Assembly (NCBI GenBank): GCA_965222605.1
Contig: OZ244960.1
Location: 608,001 to 672,000 of the forward strand
DNA length: 64,000 nucleotides
Reading direction: 5' to 3'
From: Candidatus Latescibacterota bacterium
GTDB lineage: Bacteria; Latescibacterota; UBA2968
Shown: one piece after another, positions 1-8,937 of the stretch
Numbering within the stretch: position 1 is the first letter of the stretch
How the letters are laid out: the number at the start of each line of letters is the position of its first letter
The notes under the pieces: generated by a model
The model's database searches: none
What the model was told of the DNA's origin: nothing
What the model saw: the letters and a program-made list of their open reading frames with translations, nothing else
Program-made: the position numbers and the translations under genes

Positions 1-994
1 TGGGCAGGCGCTGCGCGCTCCCCCAGGAATAACTGAAGAATTTGTGGTGGAAATAGAGCCTGGGGTTGTGGACGTACTCCCAGACAATCTCTCCGCTAAC
101 CGGCTCGACCTCGATCAGACGCGTGTAGATCCGGGTCTCCCTCGGATATCCCCCCAGGCCGCCATTGTCATAGACCAGGATATTTCCGTTGTCCAGCATA
201 TTGGGGTGGTGCTGTCCTACCAAATTGCCAGGCCCCCACCGCCAGACCACATCGCCGGTATCTCGATCTACGATATAAATGGTATTGGTATTCCGTTGGC
301 TGCTGAGAATATTGCCCTTTCGAAATCGGAGATCTCGTCTGCCCAGGGGGTTATCGGGCAGCACCTCGACCGTATTGGTGTGCAGATAATCTCCTGGCCC
401 GGTCCCCATGTGGGTGCCCGGTGCTTCCCGGATCAGACGCTTCCCTTCCTCAGTAAACCCGAACTCCTCGAAATGTTCGCTGGAGTGCCACGCCCACACG
501 GCCTGCCCCTCAGGCGTTACCTCTACGAAGTAATCCGAACTCAGTGGGTGGTCTGAAATGGTGGGATTCCGCACTTCCTCGCTTGCCAGAATGAGCGTAT
601 TTCCGTTTTCCAGACGCTGGAAGTCGTGGTGGGCGCCTTTGATTTTGTAACCGGGGTCCCACGCAATCAACCCCGAAGCGCCGTGGGGATCTTCCTCGGC
701 TCCCTCGGGACGGTAATGCCATACCACGTTTCCATCCCAGTCCATTTCGGTAATCCAGTTGGATCCGTAGAGAATACGACCTTCTCCCATGTACTTCGCG
801 TGGGTCGCCGTCTTTCTGTTCGCCCCCTCACCGACAAACCACATATGAACGACCTCACCGGTCATGTCGATCAGATAAATCGCGGGTGAACTGACCGGGC
901 AGAACAGCGTGTAACCCCTGAAACATTTCTGCGGATGATAGACCGTGACGCCCTTTGGCCAGTCCAGGACAGACCGCTGAGAAATGGACAGCAT
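1..994 (-). CDS. Arylsulfate sulfotransferase (ASST) family protein, runs off the left edge of the window
   Basis: Not in the ORF track (no stop in window). Manual translation from ATG 994 (SD GAAAGGAG): MLSISQRSVLDWPKGVTVYHPQKCFRGYTLFCP..IYLIDMTGEVVHMW; in-frame end EIVWEYVHNPRLYFHHKFFSYSWGSAQRLP, typical of ASST. Confidence 0.8.
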   Translation of the reverse strand, partial: MLSISQRSVLDWPKGVTVYHPQKCFRGYTLFCPVSSPAIYLIDMTGEVVHMWFVGEGANRKTATHAKYMGEGRILYGSNWITEMDWDGNVVWHYRPEGAEEDPHGASGLIAWDPGYKIKGAHHDFQRLENGNTLILASEEVRNPTISDHPLSSDYFVEVTPEGQAVWAWHSSEHFEEFGFTEEGKRLIREAPGTHMGTGPGDYLHTNTVEVLPDNPLGRRDLRFRKGNILSSQRNTNTIYIVDRDTGDVVWRWGPGNLVGQHHPNMLDNGNILVYDNGGLGGYPRETRIYTRLIEVEPVSGEIVWEYVHNPRLYFHHKFFSYSWGSAQRLP

Positions 995-1008
995 ACAAAA
1001 GGCTCCTT

Positions 1009-2991
1009 TCAATACGAATGGATCCGGTGCCCGCCTCCAGAAAACCAGATGGCGTCGACTCCGAACAGGAGCGTCACGCCCAGCGCCCAGCCCACCAGCA
1101 GCCCCACCACAAAAGGTCGAAACCGCCGGTAAAGCATCACGCCCCCAATTTTCATAATCATCGTCTTGACGCCCCAGGCCATAAATAGCGTCCACCCGAT
1201 CCGGTGCATCACGAACGTGGGCGAAAAGGCCAGTCCGATCGGATGGACGGGCCACCAGGGAAATCGATATCTCAGAAATGTCAGCAGGGCCATAAGCCCC
1301 GCCCCGAGGCCAAAAAACAGCAATCGCCGCCAGTCTGTGGAAAAAGGCGCCGTCATCGTATTCATCACGATGTAAAAAGGCCGCTGGCTACCCGCGGCGA
1401 AGACCCACTCATTGAAATTAAAGGCCCCGTAGGTGTATCCCAGGTAGAGCGTGTACCCGGTTGATGCAGCAATCCCGACCGCCAGCGCCAGCATGACCGC
1501 GCCCCCGATTCCTTTTCGGCGTTCTTTGGCTACGTCCGCCAGCCGGGCAGTATGGGCCAGTGCCGGCATGAACAGCCCCGCGCTCCGGGCAACCAGCACG
1601 TAGGTAAAAGCCAGCACTGTCAGCCCGGTTCTCGGCGCTTCGGCCGTACCCAGCAGATAGAGCGTCGCCGCCTGGGGCGTCATAGGCGCCCGGGCGTAAA
1701 GCAGCCCGGATTGCGCCACCATCTTGGCCAGACCGGTATAGATCGTAAACGCAAACAGGATGAGCGGAATGGCCAGCTTGTATTCCATCCCTGCGCAAGC
1801 AAGCCAGAAGACGAGAAAGCACAGACTTCCGGCCAGCCCGAACACCGCTGTCCTGTACGACACGATCTCCCCTGAATCATCCACCGGATAGGTGGTATCG
1901 AGGGCTTTTTTTACCACTTCCCGCAGGTGCTTGCGGGCGATAAACAGACCCCAGACAACCATAAAAAAAAAGGCCCCCCAGCTCTGCCAGCCCGTGATTG
2001 CGTCGTAGGAAGACCAGGGATCGAGAGAAGACCCGATCGTATATCCGATCCGGTTCAGTACGCCAGCCTGAACAATAAAAAACAGAAAAAAAAACCACAT
2101 ACTGAACAGCACTTCCAGGCTGGCAAAAAAAGAAAACGCGAACGTATAAAAACTGATATTGGTAGAAAACCATGGAAAACCGGTCGCAATCGTAAAATTC
2201 CGGGCCGCGAAAGGAAATTCGGGAGCGGCCGGCCAGAAATAGGACAGGATATTCCAGCAAACCATCCCAAATGGAATAGCCATCCCTATCCAGAATAGCT
2301 TCCCCCGCATGAACTCCGGCATCAGCTCTATGCCGCTGGATTTCTCGGATATATCGATCCCCACCTGGATCAGCGGGTAGTCCAGCTTTTCGTATTCCAC
2401 CCACTGCTTCCGCATCATCGCCCCAATACAGAGCGAGGCCAGTGCCACGGCTGCAATAAAGCAGAACCACCAGAACAGCGGCACGTACCACACCGACAGC
2501 GGGGCTGCCACATCCGGGGGCAGCCCCTCGAAAAACCACTTCAGCCCGTTGTCCCGGTCAACTGGTGCCATCCAGGAAGGGATATAATCGTGGAAATATT
2601 CGGCCCATCGGTTCTCTGGCGTCGCGTAATAATACGGCGAGGCCAGAATGCCCAAAAAAAATCCGATGAACCCCCAGGTGGGTACCACGCTCCCTACCAG
2701 GATCATCGCCAGAAGCGTCAATTTTTCAGCGGGACGGAGGGCCTGCTTCAGACCGACGGCGCACAGGAGGGAATCACAAAAAACGATTAGAAAAAAAACG
2801 ACAAACGCGGCTAAAGGGAACTGGCTCAGATTGATATGGGAGGAATGAACAATATAGTTGGTATATGTAACCCAGAGATTGATGATCACAACGCCTGCCA
2901 ATCCCAGACACAAACTGGAGGCCGACACATACCGGCTACGCCCTGGTCGGAATGCTTCCAAAGGGTAATGTGTCTCCGATAATGCCATCAA
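1009..2991 (-). CDS. DUF6785/DUF6784-type polytopic inner-membrane protein (putative transporter)
   Basis: 660 aa, many TM segments; PYYYATPENRW, RKQWVEYEKLDYPL, LRYRFPWWPVHPIG, KIGGVMLYRR; paralog at 42558-44534. Confidence 0.8.
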   Translation of the reverse strand: MMALSETHYPLEAFRPGRSRYVSASSLCLGLAGVVIINLWVTYTNYIVHSSHINLSQFPLAAFVVFFLIVFCDSLLCAVGLKQALRPAEKLTLLAMILVGSVVPTWGFIGFFLGILASPYYYATPENRWAEYFHDYIPSWMAPVDRDNGLKWFFEGLPPDVAAPLSVWYVPLFWWFCFIAAVALASLCIGAMMRKQWVEYEKLDYPLIQVGIDISEKSSGIELMPEFMRGKLFWIGMAIPFGMVCWNILSYFWPAAPEFPFAARNFTIATGFPWFSTNISFYTFAFSFFASLEVLFSMWFFFLFFIVQAGVLNRIGYTIGSSLDPWSSYDAITGWQSWGAFFFMVVWGLFIARKHLREVVKKALDTTYPVDDSGEIVSYRTAVFGLAGSLCFLVFWLACAGMEYKLAIPLILFAFTIYTGLAKMVAQSGLLYARAPMTPQAATLYLLGTAEAPRTGLTVLAFTYVLVARSAGLFMPALAHTARLADVAKERRKGIGGAVMLALAVGIAASTGYTLYLGYTYGAFNFNEWVFAAGSQRPFYIVMNTMTAPFSTDWRRLLFFGLGAGLMALLTFLRYRFPWWPVHPIGLAFSPTFVMHRIGWTLFMAWGVKTMIMKIGGVMLYRRFRPFVVGLLVGWALGVTLLFGVDAIWFSGGGHRIHSY

Positions 2992-3003
2992 TATCCCGGT
3001 AAA

Positions 3004-3984
3004 TTATGGCGTCTTCGCACAGCGAAATCCGATATCCATATGCTTCAAAGTGGGAAAAGCCCGCATTCGGTTTGTCGTACGCAAATTGCTCTGATAATCA
3101 ATCCAGGCGCCGCCTCTTAGCACGCGGGTGAGGCCTTCCGAAGGCCCTTTCGGATTTTGGGCCGCATGGATTTCATAGACGTTTTCATCGTACCAGTCCG
3201 CACACCATTCCCACACATTACCGAGCAAATCGTGAATCCCATAAACACTCACACCATCCGCATAACTTCCCACAGGTGCGGTAAATACATACCCATCAGC
3301 GGCTGGATCCGGATCCCGGGCATAATCCGCATGTCCCCGCCAGTTTAACCTCACCCCGTCAAACTTATCTCCCCACGGATAGATCCTGCCTTCGGTCCCC
3401 CGAGCGGCCTTCTCCCACTCTGCCTCAGTGGGCAGGCGCTTCCCGGCCCAGCGGCAGTACGCATCGGCATCAACCCAGGCCACACCCACCACCGGCTGCT
3501 CCAGCCCTTTAAACCGGGAATCTCCCCAATAAATCGGCGGAGGATATTCCAGGGCCTCCAGAAACGCTCGATACTGTCCATTCGTCACTTCATACCGGTC
3601 AATCCAGAATGCGTCCAGAACCACGGTATGCACCGGGCGCTCGTCCTCATCGCCGTCTTGAAATCCCATCGAAAATTTCCCGGCGGGAATCGGGACCATA
3701 TCCAGATCCAGGCGCCTCCGACTGTACCGGACAGAATCCTGAATCCGCACCGCAGACTTTGGCACCCACCCTTCGGTGCTGTCAGCGATCCGCACGTTCA
3801 ACCACCCCTCGACCGTTTCCAGGACCTTTACGCTGTCGCCCGGAGCCAGGCGGGCCTTAACGCGAAACCCCTGTCCGGGTCCTGACCGGACGTCCACACC
3901 AGAGGTCACTGTCCCGGACTGCACTTCTATCCCCCGCGCTGTTCCGAAACAGATCCCGATCAGAAAACAAATCAAGATACGCAT
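3004..3984 (-). CDS. Secreted SH3-domain + FGE-sulfatase (SUMF1/EgtB-like) domain protein
   Basis: Signal-like N-terminus; VRSGPG..GWV SH3b; RLPTEAEWEKAARG, GNVWEWCADWY, GFRCA; start estimated. Confidence 0.85.
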   Translation of the reverse strand: MRILICFLIGICFGTARGIEVQSGTVTSGVDVRSGPGQGFRVKARLAPGDSVKVLETVEGWLNVRIADSTEGWVPKSAVRIQDSVRYSRRRLDLDMVPIPAGKFSMGFQDGDEDERPVHTVVLDAFWIDRYEVTNGQYRAFLEALEYPPPIYWGDSRFKGLEQPVVGVAWVDADAYCRWAGKRLPTEAEWEKAARGTEGRIYPWGDKFDGVRLNWRGHADYARDPDPAADGYVFTAPVGSYADGVSVYGIHDLLGNVWEWCADWYDENVYEIHAAQNPKGPSEGLTRVLRGGAWIDYQSNLRTTNRMRAFPTLKHMDIGFRCAKTP

Positions 3985-3994
3985 ATCATCTGTT

Positions 3995-5446
3995 CTAAGG
4001 CTCCTCTGTTTCTCCCACATCCCCCGGCCTGATCACGCGATCCATCATTCCAGCACGGTCGTGAATCCTCATGGTCTCCGCCTGCCAGTTCGGATTATAA
4101 AGCTCTCCGAGCATCGTCGAGTGTACCAGTTCATGCACGCTATTCCCGCGCTTATCTACAAAAACAAACTTGTAATATCCGATCTGATCGTAAGACCAAA
4201 TCTCGTACGATTTTCCGGTGGAATGGTAATCATGGCGTTCCACATGATCGGGAGGACCGTATTTGATATAGACCCGGCCCCTGTCCGTATTCGACCCCTT
4301 ATGCCTGGGCAGGGCGGGAAAATTCGTATCGGCATAATGAATGCGCTTGAAATACTCTGCGGCAAATTCGTTTTCCGGCGTATTCGGCGTGGGATCCCGC
4401 TTCTTCCAGAACGCGAGAATAAACCGCACCTTTTCCTCCGGATCTAACCCGCGATATTCATCCAGTTCTTCGCCTTCAGCAATATACTGAATCTGATTGT
4501 AGTACCGTTCCAAAGACGCCTCATCCGTTGCCAGGGAGACCTCCTCCAGCCTCCAGATTTGAAACAGTCGCCTGCCTGTTACAATTTTTCCCGTACCATT
4601 ATCTTTCACCAGCACCTGCAAAACATAACGGTCTGGAGAAAGCCCTTGAATATCCAGTGAATCGCCCATCACGCAACTGGTGCCCGGCTTTCTGAACCGC
4701 TTGGAAGAATAACTTTTAACCTGGAATCCCGTGGTATCCAGAATGGTGTATGCCAGATCGAATGTCTTCGGAGCGTCCTGGATAGCCAGATTATAAATCT
4801 CGAAATACACGTGTAATGCAGATCGGTCCTGCAAAAAACGTCGGGTGATATTGGGCACCACCCGCTTTCCATTTTTCACGAATCGACCCGGCCTGTTGGC
4901 ATCTCCAATGTGGGAGGCCAACTGCAAATTGCTGATCGACAGCGTCTTTGCGCCAAAAGCAGGTACAACAATCTCGCCCCGATAAGCGCCTTCGGCACCG
5001 GAATGCGTATCGATCACCTCCACCGTCAATTGATATGAGCCCGGCAGCAAAAGAAAAGAAAACACATCCAGAATTGTGGTATTTCCCGTATCCTTTTCAC
5101 CGGAACTCAGATCCATACCTCGCCGCCAGACCTGATCAACCTGTGAACCTATCTTCGGGGCCGTTTCCCCGGAAGCCAGAGCCTGGATGCGAACCTGGTA
5201 ATCCGCCCGATACCGGTCTTCTTCCCGAACAAACGAAAAACCATTTAGGGACAGAAGCATATCCACCTCAACATAGGTCTTCTCCTCTGTTGCTCGAAAT
5301 GCTTCCCAATCCATCCTGAACCGGATTTGTCCACTGCTCGTCAGAAGGCGGTCCTGTCCGAGACCATCGGACACAGTGCTTTCCACTGGTCCGACCACCC
5401 CGCATAAGACGACCAGGCAAATAGATGCACACCATCTTGCCATCAT
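3995..5446 (-). CDS. GWxTD domain-containing protein
   Basis: FWKKRDPTPNTPENEF..YFKRIHYAD..GSNTDRGRVYIKYGPPD..YEIWSY. Confidence 0.85.
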   Translation of the reverse strand: MMARWCASICLVVLCGVVGPVESTVSDGLGQDRLLTSSGQIRFRMDWEAFRATEEKTYVEVDMLLSLNGFSFVREEDRYRADYQVRIQALASGETAPKIGSQVDQVWRRGMDLSSGEKDTGNTTILDVFSFLLLPGSYQLTVEVIDTHSGAEGAYRGEIVVPAFGAKTLSISNLQLASHIGDANRPGRFVKNGKRVVPNITRRFLQDRSALHVYFEIYNLAIQDAPKTFDLAYTILDTTGFQVKSYSSKRFRKPGTSCVMGDSLDIQGLSPDRYVLQVLVKDNGTGKIVTGRRLFQIWRLEEVSLATDEASLERYYNQIQYIAEGEELDEYRGLDPEEKVRFILAFWKKRDPTPNTPENEFAAEYFKRIHYADTNFPALPRHKGSNTDRGRVYIKYGPPDHVERHDYHSTGKSYEIWSYDQIGYYKFVFVDKRGNSVHELVHSTMLGELYNPNWQAETMRIHDRAGMMDRVIRPGDVGETEEP

Positions 5447-5471
5447 TGTCTTGACTCCCGGGTAAAACGCG

Positions 5472-5514
5472 AAAAAAAGCAAGCAACCACCAATGTGTTC
5501 ATCGGTGGTTGCTT
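5472..5514 (-). terminator. Intrinsic terminator after the PorV-like gene
   Basis: AAGCAACCACC / GGTGGTTGCTT stem followed on the minus strand by GC-T7. Confidence 0.7.
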
Positions 5515-5532
5515 AACAATAAATGTTGTCGC

Positions 5533-6471
5533 CTAAAAGGAGCCGCCGATCGTCAGTCTCAGCGGAGCATCAAAATGATTGCCAAAGTTGCTATATGCAA
5601 GATCCAGGGTAAACTTCCGACCCCCAAATTCCCGCTTGAGACCAACACCCAGGGAAAAATCCTCCAGGTCGTAATTCCACTTGTAACCGCCCCGCAAAGC
5701 AAGCGTATTGGCCAACCAGAGTTCTGCGCCCATATGCACCCGCGCCTCGAAATCTACGAAAAACACATTCTGGGCAGACACTGTCAAATAGGTCGGATCT
5801 CCCTTCTCACCCAGAACTTCCATCGCCCCGCCGATTGAGTAAACCACGGGCATAAACATTCGATCCAGAACCACTTTATTGTCCTTTCCAAAATTCTGCA
5901 AAGACATCGCGATTCGGGCCGACCTGAACCCCGTATAGAACATCGTACCCATATCGATGGAAAACGTCCTGTTTGTCCTGTCCGCCAATTCCTGTTGCAC
6001 AAACCGGATCTGTGCCCCGAAGGACATCTTGTTGGTCAGTTGAACCGCAAAGGACCCGCCCAGTGCCATATTGGAATTGTTAAAAATCTGACCTGTTCCG
6101 CCAGGTTGAAAGATCGTGGTTTCTTCAAATGCCGGAAGCTGAAGCGTCACGAGGCTCATTCCCCAGACCATATTACCCGTCTTATACGCAACCGCCCCGG
6201 AATAAAATTTCGAATCCACCAGCCAGCGGGTGTACGTAAACATATACTCCGCCCGCTTGATCCTGGTCAATCCCGCGGGATTCTGAAAAATCCCATTGAT
6301 ATCATCTGCAATCGCCGCATAAGCGTCGCCCATCGCCGCCGAACGCGTGGACTGGCCTACCTTGAGAAAAGTGAACCCGGCCGTGCCGACCTTCTTAAAT
6401 CCCGCATCGGCAGTTTCCGATAACAGAACCAGGACGGAGGCCATTACCCCTGTCAAAATCAAACGCACCAT
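5533..6471 (-). CDS. PorV/PorQ family outer-membrane barrel
   Basis: FTFLKVGQSTRSAAMGDAY..NPAGL; terminal F; paralog at 44664-45635. Confidence 0.85.
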   Translation of the reverse strand: MVRLILTGVMASVLVLLSETADAGFKKVGTAGFTFLKVGQSTRSAAMGDAYAAIADDINGIFQNPAGLTRIKRAEYMFTYTRWLVDSKFYSGAVAYKTGNMVWGMSLVTLQLPAFEETTIFQPGGTGQIFNNSNMALGGSFAVQLTNKMSFGAQIRFVQQELADRTNRTFSIDMGTMFYTGFRSARIAMSLQNFGKDNKVVLDRMFMPVVYSIGGAMEVLGEKGDPTYLTVSAQNVFFVDFEARVHMGAELWLANTLALRGGYKWNYDLEDFSLGVGLKREFGGRKFTLDLAYSNFGNHFDAPLRLTIGGSF

Positions 6472-6513
6472 GTTAAATTCCTCCTTGAAAAATAGAGCAG
6501 AACCAGGCTCCTC

Positions 6514-8889
6514 CTACCGGATCACCGCAAAAATCCCTTTGGCAATCTTTCCCTCCTGTCCCGGCACCAGCGACTCTACGATATAAAAATAATGTCCGCT
6601 GGAAACCTGCGTTGAAAAATTGTACGTCGCCTGGGTCCAGATCTGCTCACCGGCCGGCGCGTCGGTCGGCCTCCGGGGATGGTCGATCACACCCACCAGG
6701 TCTCCCGAAATCGAATAAATAGATATCTTGCACTTCCTTGGAATATTTACAAATCGGATCCGCTCACTACCGGCATATCGGTGAACATCGTCCGGAATAT
6801 AGGGGTTGGGGACCACCCGCACCGGCTCCAGCAGCGCATCCTTCTGATCAGTTGCAATCACAATGGGGCTGTCCGAAAGGTTCACCCGCTGCTCCGGTGC
6901 CGCCCCTCCGCTTTCCAGCCCCGTCTGAATCCGCTGCTGCTGTCCCGAATCCAGATCGCTCAGCGTGGAAATGCCGTTGGTCCATGTGCTATGGCCGGTA
7001 TCGTAGCTTCGCACCGAGTAGTAATACTCAAACCCGGGCACCGACTCGACATCGTGGTAGGTATAAATCCCCGGCTCGCTTGCTGATTCCCTTCCGGCGG
7101 AAACCCAGGTCGCGTTCGCATCGTATTCCGTGTTTGCGGGGTAGGGACCTCCCGCGGGAATATCCGCAATTTGGGTCCACGGACCGATATGTCTGAACTC
7201 AGCCCGATAGACCCGATATCCTTTCACATCCTGTGCGTCGGCACCCGTATAATCCGGATCTATGGCACTGTCCACTGCGTCGGACCATGAAATGGCCAGG
7301 TTGCCGTTCTCATCGCTGGCCACCTTGATGGCCACGTCCGGCGGTGGTTTCGGGAGCTTATACCCATTATCATAGGCGAATTGCGCCCGCTCCAGATGCT
7401 GCAACAGCGCCCGCTCCCCGTCGGCCAGGTGTGTCTTATCTCCCATTCTGGACCAGACGAATACGTCCATCGGGCCGCCACCTGGCCCGGCAAACTCCGC
7501 TCCACTGCCCGCCACAAACGCCACCACGATTTTGGCCTTATCCCCGGGCGCCAGATCGTATGGCCCATAGACCTGAGCGGTAGTCGCTTTTTGAAGCGTG
7601 GTCGGATTCTCCATAATGGCCGGTGTAGTTCCCTTCCCGATCAGTTCCATGTAAATCTCTTCGTCCGCGCTCTTCCCCGGAGCAGGCATGGTGAAGTCTG
7701 ATTGACTGGTGACTGGCCACCAGGTTGCGCTGACCGGCTGGTCTGCCACCTTGGGTGCCACGTAGATCTCGGCATCGTTCGTAAACGGAGGCATATAATC
7801 CAGCGGCGCAAATCCAATATACTGAAACGCCATCAACTGTCCTTCGATCAGAGCACCCCGGGATTGCACCCCCGAAGGGGCCTGATTCAGAAAAACGGGA
7901 CCGCCTGTATCATCGTCCGAGGTCGTGGGATCGTCTCCGTCGTACACATAGAAAATCTTCTTTCCCCTCAACCCGGGCAGACCGTCGAAATTGGACGCCT
8001 CGCTGTATTTGATCCAGTCGTCACCCATACCCGGCTGATGCCAGTACGCATGCCCGCCCACGCCGGCATTGAGCCAGGATCGTTGCGCTTCAGATACGTA
8101 CATATTATTGACAAAAGCAAAGTAGGCATTATTCAGCGTAACCGGCAATCCCCGGTCGGCGTCGGGCAGGCCGTCTCCGGTTGCATCCCCCGTGTTCTCA
8201 AACGCAATCTCCAGAATAAAGAAATCGTCGTAATCGGGGTAGCTCCACGCCTTCGCCCGCCGCGTCACCGTGATACCTCGTTCGGTCGTCCACTGAGAAA
8301 TCACGATCTCCTCGGCCTCCGTACTGACCGGTATATACCGCCCGTACTCGTAATTGTGGATCTCCGTCAGGTCCGCCACAATCGCAGGCGCGCCCGGCCA
8401 GTAATTGGCCTTTAACGCGCCGGTCATGTGCGAAGTGGCCTGGATACCCAGATCCCGCTCGGGACCTTTGGAAGGATCGTATATCATCTCGGCAATATCG
8501 TCCGTGTTCACCCACGGGTTAGACCCGGAGACATTGAACTCCATCCCCTCTCTGGTCATAATCCAGATCCCTTCTCCACGGCCGCAGTTGTAGAGAAACT
8601 CTGGCTCGGTGTAGGACTGGATGACCTGTCTGGGGTCCGACCCCCAGTACTCTTCAAAATCCCGGCTCGAAACCCGGAACCCCGGGTACATCAGATCCAC
8701 CTCGTCTCCGAAGTAGGTGTCCTGGCGATATCCCTGGGTTCCCGTCTTGCGAAATGTACTCCAGAGTTGGCCTCGCGTCAGGCTTCTCTGCACCTCCGGC
8801 TGCTGGGCCAAAACGGCATCCCATCCGCCCGGGCCGATCAAGACGACGGCTACGATGAGGCACCATAGGCTTGTCTTGATGTTGCTCAT
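6514..8889 (-). CDS. Large secreted protein with FN3-like region and T9SS/FlgD-Ig-like C-terminal domain
   Basis: Signal peptide; GYRVYR..YYYSVRSYD; VRVVPNPY..IYSISGDLV..SGHYFYIVES..FAVIR; paralog at 45646-48021. Confidence 0.7.
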   Translation of the reverse strand: MSNIKTSLWCLIVAVVLIGPGGWDAVLAQQPEVQRSLTRGQLWSTFRKTGTQGYRQDTYFGDEVDLMYPGFRVSSRDFEEYWGSDPRQVIQSYTEPEFLYNCGRGEGIWIMTREGMEFNVSGSNPWVNTDDIAEMIYDPSKGPERDLGIQATSHMTGALKANYWPGAPAIVADLTEIHNYEYGRYIPVSTEAEEIVISQWTTERGITVTRRAKAWSYPDYDDFFILEIAFENTGDATGDGLPDADRGLPVTLNNAYFAFVNNMYVSEAQRSWLNAGVGGHAYWHQPGMGDDWIKYSEASNFDGLPGLRGKKIFYVYDGDDPTTSDDDTGGPVFLNQAPSGVQSRGALIEGQLMAFQYIGFAPLDYMPPFTNDAEIYVAPKVADQPVSATWWPVTSQSDFTMPAPGKSADEEIYMELIGKGTTPAIMENPTTLQKATTAQVYGPYDLAPGDKAKIVVAFVAGSGAEFAGPGGGPMDVFVWSRMGDKTHLADGERALLQHLERAQFAYDNGYKLPKPPPDVAIKVASDENGNLAISWSDAVDSAIDPDYTGADAQDVKGYRVYRAEFRHIGPWTQIADIPAGGPYPANTEYDANATWVSAGRESASEPGIYTYHDVESVPGFEYYYSVRSYDTGHSTWTNGISTLSDLDSGQQQRIQTGLESGGAAPEQRVNLSDSPIVIATDQKDALLEPVRVVPNPYIPDDVHRYAGSERIRFVNIPRKCKISIYSISGDLVGVIDHPRRPTDAPAGEQIWTQATYNFSTQVSSGHYFYIVESLVPGQEGKIAKGIFAVIR

Positions 8890-8937
8890 AAAGCACCCTC
8901 CTTCAAATCATTTCGTGGCGATTACATCGCCTCGATA

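Noticed and set aside
44-556. 170-aa plus-strand ORF and similar short overlapping ORFs throughout the window
   Set aside because: Antisense or off-frame to recognisable genes.
3004-3984. True formylglycine-generating enzyme for the local sulfatases
   Set aside because: The segment after RGG (RGGAWIDYQSNLR) lacks the catalytic cysteine pair.
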